Assembly (NCBI RefSeq): GCF_001194135.2
Contig: NC_068982.1
Coordinates: forward strand, 30,017,056 to 30,081,055
Reading direction: 5' to 3'
From: Octopus bimaculoides
Lineage: Eukaryota
Length of the DNA: 64,000 nt
Shown here: piece after piece, positions 50,511 to 61,611 of the stretch
How positions within the stretch are numbered: position 1 is the first letter of the stretch
Layout of the letters: the number at the start of each line of letters is the position of its first letter
Notes under the pieces: generated by a model
Told to the model about the DNA's origin: nothing
The model's database searches: none
What the model saw: the letters and a program-made list of their open reading frames with translations, nothing else
Program-made: the position numbers and the translations under genes

Positions 50511-51569
50511 AGCTTCTTTCAGTTTCTATATACAAGATCCATTCCACTCACAAATCTTTGGTCAACCTAAGGCTAATGTAGAAAACATTTGCCCAAGGTG
50601 CCATACAGTGGGACTACATCCAAAACCACATGGTTGGGAAACAAACTTCGTAACCACAGCTAAACTTGCATCTATCCTAAGACTTCTTTATTTGTATTTA
50701 CCAGATCAACTCTGAGACCTCTTTGATTCTAAACTCTGTTTTCATGTTTGAAACTTCTAATTCTTTGACTGATTTGGTTCGGTTCCTTAGACTACTAGTG
50801 TTACTTCATTCCGAATATAATGAATTTAACCATCTACATCAATTCTTTATAATAATTACATTCAAGTTTTATTTTCGATGACAGAAATGTAATAGTTGAA
50901 CTTTAGAAGGAATATTCTATGTTAGCTGTTTGTTTTTATTTTGGAAAGGTGAATAGGCCAAAAGGAATAACTTTAAAATTGTTTCTGTGTGTGAATGACC
51001 AATTAGAATAGAAATATTGAAGCCAGTTATATATATATAAAAAAAAAAGAAATGAAGAATTTGATGTTTGTAAAAGTTTATATTAAACAAATGAGCTAAC
51101 ATTGAGGACAATTGTGGAATATTCAAACAATTTATTATAGACTTTGTGTCTTAGATAAACAAGTTAACAAAAGAAAACTAGATATTATCTGATTATAAGG
51201 AAGCATGTAGCCTAAAACAAAAATTAGTTTTCTGATCTCTCTGTCTTATCTCTGCTGCTATCAGAAAGATTTTTGTTTTGGGCTGTATTTCGGATGAATA
51301 TCCCTTATCATTGAGGCTGCAGAAACTAATTAGAGATCAGGACTTTTGGCGTCATTTCAGAATGGTGGCTTAGAACTTCATGATTTGGTATGTCCTAAGA
51401 GGAAATTGTTCTTTGATACTATCTCCAGTTTTGAGTCTGTGTCATTAAAGTAATAGTATTGCTCTTTTAATTGTTGCAAGTATATAGTGATGTTGTTATT
51501 TTTACCATGCATTGGTTTAAATATTGCTTGATATGTGAATTGACTTTTTTGTTTTTTGTTTTTGTTCAG

Positions 51570-51665
51570 TTGATACTTGCTATCATGCCAGTAATAAGAA
51601 GTATTACTGGCATGATACAAAGAAGAAATCACAATGGCTTTATCTTTTCAATCTAAGTGTGGAGG
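51570..51665 (+). other. Candidate 96-nt exon containing a perfect 16-bp hairpin
   Basis: Acceptor ttttttgtttttgttcAG and donor GAGG|GTAAGT. Fully open only in phase 1-1 (xDTCYHASNKKYYWHDTKKKSQWLYLFNLSVEG). Confidence 0.45.
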
Positions 51666-52249
51666 GTAAGTGTAGTAGACACTGGCCATCTAGAGAAATA
51701 CAAACCATATTAAAAAAAAAAACAAAATAAAAATATAAAAACAAAAATAAGCAAGCATAACATAGGAATGCTTATAGTTAGTGTAAATTTTAAAACTGAA
51801 CAGAAAACTTGCCTAAGACATAGTTAGATAAGTTATTAGCCTCTTTTATGCTGGTTACAGATGCAAAAATGACTGTTTAATAATAAAGTCACATTGATAA
51901 TATGTTGTTTTTTGAGATTGTTGATTATTAGAGCAGTATAGCTTTTCTAGGCTGTTTAGTCTCATCATTTGTTGTGGCAGTTAATGCTGTAGTTTTACAG
52001 CTCCTCTCTTCCTGATTGTTTTCAGATGTTTTGCTTCATACACGTTTCATTGTCACTCACAGTTACCACTGAACCAATGAAAGAACTTCTTTGCAGTCAC
52101 TTGATCTACTAGAAATTAGTTCTACCTCAAATTTCTCCATAACATTTAAGAAAATGGCTAGCATACATCGAATATTGGTTGTCCATGATGAAGAAAATAA
52201 CATGATAGAAATGGACAGAATGCTTTTGATCGAGGCTGGCTCAATACAT

Positions 52250-53097
52250 TTTACTCTTTTCCTTGTTTCAGTCATTTGACTGTGGCCATGCTGGAGCACC
52301 GCCTTTTAGTCGAGCAAATCGACCCCAGGACTTATTCATTGGAAGCCTAGTACTTATTCTATCGGTCTCTTTTGCAGAACCACTGAGTTACAGGGACATA
52401 AACACCCGAACGCNNNNNNNNNNNNNNNNNNNNNNNNNNNNNNNNNNNNNNNNNNNNNNNNNNNNNNNNNNNNNNNNNNNNNNNNNNNNNNNNNNNNNNN
52501 NNNNNNNNNNNNNNNNNNNNNNNNNNNNNNNNNNNNNNNNNNNNNNNNNNNNNNNNNNNNNNNNNNNNNNNNNNNNNNNNNNNNNNNNNNNATATATATA
52601 TTCTTTGGAGGGAAGTGTTTGAACTCACTAGCTGATAAATTTCGTAAGTGCCTTCCTCATGTGGTTTTGATGTTCGCACGGTCAAAATTCCCATGAGTTA
52701 TATAGACACTTTCAGATTTATTCGAATATTGGGCTGAAGATCGGAATAGAGTAACTTCATACTCTTAACCGTGAAACGTCATACTCAATTAACAAAGGCA
52801 GGTTTGTTTTTGCTTTTCTCTTCTGTTTTTTGTTCTGTGTGTGCCATAAATATCGCCATCCGTTAGAGAAAAAATTTTGTAGTTTGGAATTAGCAACTCC
52901 TGCTAATCCCTGTATATTTATGATTATATATATATATATATATGATGGGCTTCTTTCAGTTTCCGTCTACCAAATCCACTCACAAGGCTTTGGTTGGCCC
53001 GATGCCATAGTAGAAGACACTTACCCAAGGTGCCATGCAGTGGGACTGAACCCGGAACCATGTGGTTGGTAAGCAAGCTACTTACCACACAGCGCCT
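52250..53097 (-). mobile_element. SINE family A halves (52250-52413, 52940-53097) separated by a gap and a hammerhead-bearing insert
   Basis: Collinear halves. Confidence 0.7.
52728..52789 (+). ncRNA. Hammerhead-ribozyme-like motif with extended stem II
   Basis: ATTGGG-CTGAAGA-T-CGG...AGAGTA/TACTCT...CCG-T-GAAA-CGTC-ATA-CTCAAT. Stem I pairs 6/6 with one G-U. Confidence 0.65.
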
Positions 53098-53519
53098 ATA
53101 TCAAATGGCTATGGGGGTCCAATAGATTTAAATAGAAACCAAAGGGGTCCACAGGCAAAGAAATGGTTGAGGACCAGTGTTTTAGAATATAGTGAGCACT
53201 AGATTACGTTATTCAATGTCTTTCATTAAGATGGTAGAGTATGGTTTGAGGGTAATATCGCTGCTATTTCTACCAGGTAAAAGCAACTGTTTTTGAGAAG
53301 TGGGCTACACGAGACATGGCTCATCATCAAATAGGTTGTACTACTAAAATAACTCAAAGTGTTTTTCTATGCATCCTGTTCAAAAGGTCCTTCCTCTGAG
53401 CTGCAATTTGCTAATAACTGATGTAGACATATCCCTGTTGATTTGGAAAATGCAGTATTAAGATGATGAGTTACAGACTTAGGGAGATAAACACAATAAT
53501 CCGCTATTATCTAGTAGAC

Positions 53520-53661
53520 AAGTTACACCTTATATATGTCACTCCAAAAATACATGATCACATCATTGAAATCTGGAAGGTACAAGATAAAACGTGATTA
53601 GTTCAAAACAATTTGAACAAATATGCATTACATTTGACTAGATAATCTGAATGCTAAAGGG
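53520..53661 (-). mobile_element. TTAA MITE family 1, partial
   Basis: Ends AATCTGAATGCTAAAGGG|TTAA. Confidence 0.7.
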
Positions 53662-53689
53662 TTAATGTGCAGAAAAATACTATTGTTTA

Positions 53690-54056
53690 TTTTTTTACTT
53701 GTTTCAGGCATTGGAATGCGGCCATGCTGGGGCACACCTTGAATTTTTATTTTAGTCATATGAATTGACCCCAGTACTTTTTTTTTACCCCCATTTTTCT
53801 GAAAGCTTGGTAATTATTCTATTAATCTCTTTTGGTGAACTGCTAAGTTACGAGGATGCATACACACCAACACTGGTTGTCAAGTGGTGGTGGGGGACAG
53901 ACACAGAGACACATACACATATATATGATGAGCTTCTTTCAGTTTTCATCTTCCAGATCCACTCACAAGGCTTTGGTTGGCCCGAGGCTTTATAAGACAC
54001 TGAAGCAGGTGCCATGTGGTTGGAAAGCAAGCTTCTTACCACAGAGCCACACCTGT
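53690..54056 (-). mobile_element. SINE family A
   Basis: Diverged copy. Confidence 0.75.
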
Positions 54057-54369
54057 GACATATTGTCTGCAAGTTACGCCAAGAATAATGCAGATGAATA
54101 AAAAAATAATTACCCATCAAGGTACAGATGTTGATTTATGGCACAATTGAATGAGGTGTTTCTTACGGCTGCAATCCAGGGACTGGAAGCCAGTAAAAGA
54201 ATAAAACATAATGAAATGCATAAGGAAGTACCATGTACCTACAAATCTTTAATGTTTACATACCAGTCCCAGAAATGCGTCTAATGTGTAAATTGGTATA
54301 TCCAGTTACTTAACACCACTGTATGTGGTGGCTATATATGCAATGTGTTCGGAGGCGATGGTAGGTTAG

Positions 54370-54421
54370 ATGAGTGCTGAAGAAGGGGCAACAGCCCCTG
54401 AAATATGGCATATACACTCAT
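54370..54421 (+). ncRNA. Minimal type-I hammerhead ribozyme, canonical core (Penelope-like element type)
   Basis: Stem I ATGAGTG/CACTCAT (7 bp); CTGAAGA; stem II AGGGGC-AACA-GCCCCT; GAA; near-palindromic stem III ATATG-G-CATAT; AUA cleavage triplet (cut after 54414). Confidence 0.85.
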
Positions 54422-55113
54422 TACCCACTTTCGTCTTCAATCACATTGTCTGTTTACATCTGATGTCTCAATACGAAATGTTGTAGCAAAAATCAATGCT
54501 GGCTATGCATTCTATAGAATATCTGTAGAAATAAACTTAACAAAATAAAGTGTTTATAGTTTGCTGCCACTGCCTCCATACCACCACCACCACAATTCAT
54601 CACCTCAGAATATCGGTCTAAAATTTGAAATTAGTAATTGAATTTGAACCTTCTTTGTGGTCTCCAATTAGAATGAGGGAAAGTAACGTGCTCTTGGTGG
54701 TAAAGTTACTAATGATATTTCATTCAGTACATAAAATAAGATGTCTGGACAAGTTTCAGAAAGAAACGTGATATAAAGTTATATAAACAGGGCCATTCAG
54801 TGAATAATTGCTGTTTGATCTTCTATCACTTTCAGTTAGATATGTGTGTGTGTGTATCTACACATGTGTATGTGTGTATGTATATATGTATATATAAATA
54901 TATACATATATATGTATGCATATCACATATATATGTATGTGTATTGCATATATTTATATATATATATATAAGTATATATACATATATATATATGTAAGTA
55001 TATATATATATACATATATATATGTAAGTATATATACATATATATACATATACATATACATATATGCATGTTTATATATGTATGTATATATGCATGTACA
55101 TATATATACGTAC

Positions 55114-55158
<45 letters not shown>

Positions 55159-55230
55159 ACAAGTAAACTGGCTCGCAAGAAAATCTGGTGGTGATAAACA
55201 TTTCTATATGTAGGTATGTGTGTGTGTATG

Positions 55231-55275
<45 letters not shown>

Positions 55276-55893
55276 ATACATATGTTTGTGTGTGTGTGAG
55301 AATATATATGTGTATATAATTAGCAGAAATTATAGACCAAACCTATATATACATGTGTGTATGTGTGTGTATGTACCTCATTGGTGTCTTATTTCCGTAG
55401 TGTATTTTTGCATATTAAATTCCTCAAGTATGCAAAGTAAGTGATTAATTTTTGATTTAATGATCAACTTAAAAGTAAAATACTATCTTATTTTGTCTTC
55501 TTTTTGCATCCTTGAGAACATCTTCAAAACGGAATAAATCTATATTCTTTGAAATTACTTTTGGCTATATAGGTTTTTTTTTTTTCCTATGTCTTTTTAC
55601 TTCCTTTTTTTTTTTTTGTTCTCTTTTAGAGAGAGAAGCAATTGATGCTTCTGTATTATCTGCCGTGAAGTTAGTTTTGGAATTAACCAAACAGTCTTGT
55701 AGAAATTGAAATGTTGACAATTTTTAATATGAATTTTCACATTGGTATTAATGTATTTCAGCCCATGACTTATTAATTCCAGTGTTGGTAGAAATTAGAT
55801 GATGATAGCTTATAGCTAGAAAAGCCATTTGTTTATTTATTTTCTTATCACGGAAATGAATACAATTTCATTTCTTCATCATTTGCTATCCAG

Positions 55894-55902
55894 TATGCTA
55901 AA
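55894..55902 (+). other. Candidate 9-nt microexon (TATGCTAAA); alternative 21-nt form ending at 55914
   Basis: tttcatttcttcatcatttgctatccAG|TATGCTAAA|GTGAGT; second donor CTG|GTGAGA. Confidence 0.3.
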
Positions 55903-56267
55903 GTGAGTTCACTGGTGAGAAAGCTTCTAGGCGTTGTCATCTGTTGTCTTCTAGATTGCTTTCAAAATGACAAATGATCCTGGTGTATGTGTTATTATAT
56001 CCTTTATGATAATAATCAACTGATGGAATCTTAAAGATAATGGAAGATATATACTAAAATCAAAGATAAATTCCTATTATAATTCTTATTGGAGTTTCAC
56101 ATCTATGATTCTATATTCTTGTATTTTTGGTCAGCCGCTCTAATATAATGGCTGTCATTAGAGTTTTGGATATAAACTGCCTTGCAACATTAGTTTCAAT
56201 TGTCTGTGTTCTGAGTTCAAACCCCCACTGAAGCCACTTTTGTCATTCTTTTAGCAAAATGTACTAG

Positions 56268-56552
56268 ACACAGGTGTGGCTGTGTGATAAGAAGCTTGCT
56301 TCCCAACCACATGGTTCCAGGTTCAGTCTCACTGTGTGGCACCTTGGCCAAACAAGCTTTGTGAGTGGATTTGATAGATAGAAACTGAAGGAAGCCCATT
56401 GTGTATGTATGTACACGTGTGTGTGTATGTTTGAATGTCTTTGTATCACTGTTTGTCTCCAGCCACCACTAGATAACTGGTGTTGATGTGCTTACGTTAC
56501 CATAACTTAGTAATTTGGCAAAGGAGACTGATAGAATAAATACAAGGCTTAA
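56268..56552 (+). mobile_element. SINE family A
   Basis: Internally deleted. Minus-strand partial copies at 56745-56990 and 57460-57640. Confidence 0.75.
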
Positions 56553-57097
56553 AAAAAATTTAGTTATGTATTACCATTCTCTTTAGAGCAAATGATGAAA
56601 GAAGCATCAAAAAAGTTGTTGAGAAAAGAATATTACAAGGGAACTACAGAGAGCCCAAAAAGTTCAAAATGTTCTACTTGAACTAAACCTTTCTCACACG
56701 CACGCACACACACACACACACAGACCCACACACACACACATCGTTATCTTTTATGTTTTTCTTGTTTTACTCACGTAGATGTGGCCATGCTGGAGCACCA
56801 CATTGGAGGGTTTTTTAGTCAAATAAATTGACCCCAGGACTTATTAGTTTTTGAAGCCTAGTACTTATTCCATCAGTTGCTTTTGTCAAAATGCAACGTT
56901 ACAGACATGTAAACATACTGCCACCAGTTCTCAAGTGGTGGTGGGGATCAAACACAAATGCAGAGACACACATATACAAATATATATATATATATTATAT
57001 ATATGTATATATATATATATATATATATCATTCGTCATGATAGATCGCTGACCACTACATATATATTTTTTCTCTCTCCTTGTTTCTTTCTGTGTTC

Positions 57098-57133
57098 CTT
57101 TCTGTTGAAGAGCGCAGGCTCGAAACGTTAAAG
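57098..57133 (+). ncRNA. Hammerhead-like motif with A6U core, copy 1 of a repeat (about 57037-57232)
   Basis: CTTT-CTGTTGA-A-GAGC-GCAG-GCTC-GAA-ACGT-T-AAAG; all three helices form. Confidence 0.6.
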
Positions 57134-57316
57134 ACTTTCTCAATTCCCGAGCGTTATACTAATACATCCATTTGTTGTTTACACCACCTGTAACTGTCTT
57201 CATCTGTTGTTTTTTTCGTAAATTCTCCCATATATATATNNNNNNNNNNNNNNNNNNNNNNNNNNNNNNNNNNNNNNNNNNNNNNNNNNNNNNNNNNNNN
57301 NNNNNNNNNNNNNNNN

Positions 57317-57347
<31 letters not shown>

Positions 57348-57707
57348 GTGAAATTTGACTGGGTACCACCGTTGCCTCCATCTGTGGTTGTTTTTAGCTT
57401 AAGAGGTAGAGAGAAATAGGGTTTGTTAAGAAATAAAAGGCGAGGGTGGGAGAAAGAACCGTTAAGTTATGGAGGACAAATACAGACACTGAAATACTTA
57501 CATACATAGATGATGGGCTCCTTTCAGTTTCCGTCTCTCAAATCCACTCATAAAGCTTTGGTCAGCCCAAGGCTGCCACACTGTGGGACTGAACCCAAAC
57601 CATGTGGTTGGGAAGTAAGTTTCTTACCACACAGCCACTCCATATCTATGATAGATCACTAGCTACTACACATTCTTTATTTTCTGTCTTTGTTTCTTTC
57701 TGTGTTC

Positions 57708-57743
57708 CTTTCTGTGGAAGAGCATAGGCTCGAAACATTAAAG
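57708..57743 (+). ncRNA. Hammerhead-like motif with A6U core, copy 2 (repeat about 57648-57832)
   Basis: CTTT-CTGTGGA-A-GAGC-ATAG-GCTC-GAA-ACAT-T-AAAG; 610 nt downstream of copy 1 in the same orientation. Confidence 0.55.
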
Positions 57744-58368
57744 ACTTTTTCACTTCCTGAGTGTTAAACTAATACATTTGTTTGTTGTCTACACCATCTG
57801 TCTTCATTTTTTGTTTTTGTGTGAATTCTCCCTATATATATATATATATATATATATATNNNNNNNNNNNNNNNNNNNNNNNNNNNNNNNNNNNNNNNNN
57901 NNNNNNNNNNNNNNNNNNNNNNNNNNNNNNNNNNNNNNNNNNNNNNNNNNNNNNNNNNNNNNNNNNNNNNNNNNNNNNNNNNNNNNNNNNNNNNNNNNNN
58001 NNNNNNNNNNNNNNNNNNNNNNNNNNNNNNNNNNNNNNNNNNNNNNNNNNNNNNNNNNNNNNNNNNNNNNNNNNNNNNNNNNNNNNNNNNNNNNNNNNNN
58101 NNNNNNNNNNNNNNNNNNNNNNNNNNNNNNNNNNNNNNNNNNNNNNNNNNNNNNNNNNNNNNNNNNNNNNNNNNNNNNNNNNNNNNNNNNNNNNNNNNNN
58201 NNNNNNNNNNNNNNNNNNNNNNNNNNNNNNNNNNNNNNNNNNNNNNNNNNNNNNNNNNNNNNNNNNNNNNNNNNNNNNNNNNNNNNNNNNNNNNNNNNNN
58301 NNNNNNNNNNNNNNNNNNNNNNNNNNNNNNNNNNNNNNNNNNNNNNNNNNNNNNNNNNNNNNNNNNNN

Positions 58369-58399
<31 letters not shown>

Positions 58400-58831
58400 A
58401 TTACTGTTTGTGCTTAGAATTAGAAAGGTACGATATGATTGTATAAATAGTTTTGAAAATAGTTTTAAATTTATGCAAGAATTACAGCATAAAGAAAGAA
58501 AATGTTGGCCTTGTACAAAAGAAAGCTACAGAAAATTGACTAAAGAAGCAATACAAGTTTTAGCCTTGCTTTTTAAGAGGTGGGGTGAGAGAGATAGAGG
58601 GTGGGTAGGTGAAGGTAATGTCTAGTGTCAAGCTGAATGGTTAAATAATAATTAAAAAAAAAGTTAGATTTCCAGTTGGAAGTAAATTGATCAGAGTGAA
58701 AGCATTTTAAGTGCATAGTTAGAATGGTATAAAGTAGTGCACAGTATAAATATTAGAAAGTTTGTGGAAATTTTGAATCAATTTGATGGTGTAAAAAATA
58801 TTTTTATCTGGTATTGATATGAACATATATA

Positions 58832-59064
58832 CAGGGTGGCCTAAAAGTAGGTTTACAGTTATCACATAGGCACTTTAAATTTCTTTTAAGGTATTTTATC
58901 ACATTTAAATTTCTATCCTACAAACTGAAAAGGGAACTTGACAAAATTAACTAAATTAGCATAGAATAATGGTTTCATATTTTTTTGATAATTAAGATCT
59001 AATCTATTAATATATGAATGCAATAGAGATAGTTGAATGACTGTAAACCTACTTTTGGGCCACC
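58832..59064. mobile_element. Tc1/mariner-type MITE
   Basis: TA|CAGGGTGGCCTAAAAGTAGGTTTACAGT; inverted copy 24/25 identical at 59040-59064. Confidence 0.75.
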
Positions 59065-59129
59065 ACACACGCACACACACATACATGTGTATTTTTCAAC
59101 CTATGCAAGCATGGAAGATAAAATATATA

Positions 59130-59452
59130 CAGGATGGGCTAAAAGTCATGCACCAAAATAATTGACATTTTGTTTATATCACATTGTTATTATTATCATC
59201 AATAATAGTGTGGCGAACTGGCAGAACCATTAGCACGCTGGACAAAATGCTTAGCGGTATTTTGTCTGCCACTATGTACTGAGTTGAAATTCTGCTGAGG
59301 TCGACTTTGCCTTTCATCCTTTTGGGGTCGATGTAATTGTCAGGTCCCTTCCCTCAAGATGGCTGCTCTTGTGGCAAAATTTAACTGAAGCATGTCTGAC
59401 AATTCCCGAGCATATTGAAACTTATGCTGTGAGGGATGTTTGGCCAACCCTG
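59130..59452. mobile_element. Tc1/mariner-type MITE containing a family-C SINE (about 59205-59390)
   Basis: TA|CAGGATGGGCTAAAAGT...GGCCAACCCTG|TA. Confidence 0.6.
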
Positions 59453-59924
59453 TATATATACTTAGGTATAATTAGTTGATTTTGTGTTCGGTTCCACTGT
59501 GTAGCACATAAAGCAAGTATTTTCTGCTTCAACTTCTGGGCTCACCAAAGCCTTGTGTGTGGATTTGGTTGGTAAATACTGGAAGAAAGCGTTTGTGTCT
59601 GTGTGTTTGTTTAAATCTTGCTTGTTTCTGCAAAAATTGTGATGTATAGGCTGTGTTCTTGTTATCAGTTTTCCTGTCAACAAATTATCTATTTACATTG
59701 CACCTTGAAAGCTGCATGGAATATGATTTCTCTTTCTTGAAAAACAGGTATGCGTTTGCAACAGGAATGGCATCAAGCGGGAACATGGTGCATCAATACA
59801 TCAATGACATATTCATTTAATACATGCAACATGGAAGAAAGAGACATGAAAATGAATGAAACATTCATACACACTATGACTATGCCCTCCCCTCCCTCTC
59901 TCAGCTGAGAGGTCTTTGTCTTGA

Positions 59925-60225
59925 GAGCTCACAGGTGATGGTGCCACATAAAAAGCACCTGTGCCAGTGTCACGTACAAACACTTGTGCTGGTGCCATGA
60001 AAACGCATCTGTGCCGGCACCACAAAAGCACCTGTGCCAGCATCTCATAACAATGCCCAGTACACTCTGTAAAGTGATTGGCATTAGTAAGGGCATCTAG
60101 CCATAGAAATCATGCCGAATGAAACAATTGGAGCTTGGTGCAGCTCTCCAGTTAGCCAGCCTCTGTCAAATTGTCCGATCCATGCCAGCTTGGAAAACAG
60201 ATGTTAAATGACGACGACGACGACA
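59925..60225 (+). mobile_element. SINE family D
   Basis: Repeated GTGCCAG...AAAAGCAC units followed by the tail. Confidence 0.8.
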
Positions 60226-61611
60226 CAGACATCTTTTCTGTATTGAATGTTACTATATTAGGAAGTCTAAAAATTGCAAGACCATTCATAGCTTGTTGAG
60301 CTACGTTGAGAGAACATCAGATTAAAGACTGAAAGCTCTGTGATTGAATCCCAGTTTTCTGCTACGTTGGCAAGCTTATAGTTTGTCTTGGTTGATGAGG
60401 ATGATAGCAGGAAAGTTTTTTTTAATTTTTTTCCTTAGTCACATATATGCATGTTGATGCATGATCATTATTAGAAGAAGATGGAAACCAGAGTCTAAAT
60501 TCATGGATTCATGTTTGTTGAAGGAGAATTAGTAAGTTTTACTAGAGTTGAATCCAGATAGTTTGAAATTGTAACTTGCAAAGGGTTAATGATTTGGAAT
60601 AAAGTATTTTTTAACAAATTCACTAGATTCCAACTGGCAAGTGATGCAAGTACTGTGTGCAAGGATGGTTAAATCTGTGGTAATGAAGTTGTTATCTTAA
60701 AAAAACTATTTCATTAAAACCAAAAAAAAAATGAATGGAGTTGTGGTGGTGGTGGTGACGATGGCATTGTCAACATCATCTATTAAAACTAGCTGTGTGA
60801 GTTATAAGTTATATATTTGTATTATACATATATATTATGTTGTTCTGCTGTACAGGACATTGTTTTATGTCTGTGATAGTGAGTAGAAGACTGACGGGAA
60901 ATGATTTAAATCACCTTGTGCATTAAACTTCAGTTGCCTTAAAGAAGTGTAAGTCAGCTGCTCTTTGTTTTCCTGTAAATGATTTAGTGATCAATGTAAT
61001 AAAATTTAAAAAAGAAAGTATAAATAAATGACCTTTAATCAATTGAGCTACTTGATGGGAGTGGTGGGGACACGACAAAAAACCAAAACGCAAACAAACA
61101 AAAAAGTCATCTAGAGTATAATTTATTTTGGTCTCACTTTTAGAAAAGATGACATTGTTGATAAATAGATATTATTTAAAAAATTTTTTGTGATCATTGG
61201 AAATGCTAAGAATAAATTCACACACGCACACACACAGACACATAAATGGGCCATGCACACACATGCACATGCTTACACACAGATGTGCATGCTACGCACA
61301 AACGTACACGTGTGTTCATGCTCCCCCTCCCCCTATTCACCATCACAGTATCAAGTGGTATATTTTCTAGCAGAGTTTTAATATAGAATTTAAGTTTCAA
61401 ATTTCAAGCAGTGGTTTTATTGTGATTTGAAGAAAGCACCAACAAAGACAAAATAAAAAAAAATGACAGAAAAACAATTATGTTCGTTGATGATATAACA
61501 AGAATTAAGTTCTGAATTTGACAGAATTGTTTCAATAATGAACTATTTTCAATTTTTACCAGGATATTTTCAAGGCAGTAATTATATTTATATTGATCTT
61601 ACATCTTATTT

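Noticed and set aside
51600-51640. YYWHDTKKKSQW resembling half a WW domain
   Set aside because: The first Trp and terminal Pro are absent.
52063-52220. Minus-strand IMLFSSSWTTNIR resembling DEAD-box motif III
   Set aside because: Opposite strand to the DDX49 exon, SAT not conserved, no splice sites or other motifs.
6575-58446. Long ORF-track entries rich in X, YI, CV, HT, SL or RE
   Set aside because: They translate N gaps and dinucleotide or tetranucleotide microsatellites.
59925-60060. Repeated GTGCC...AAAAGCAC units as a CRISPR-like array
   Set aside because: Eukaryotic SINE-internal duplications without unique constant-length spacers or cas genes.
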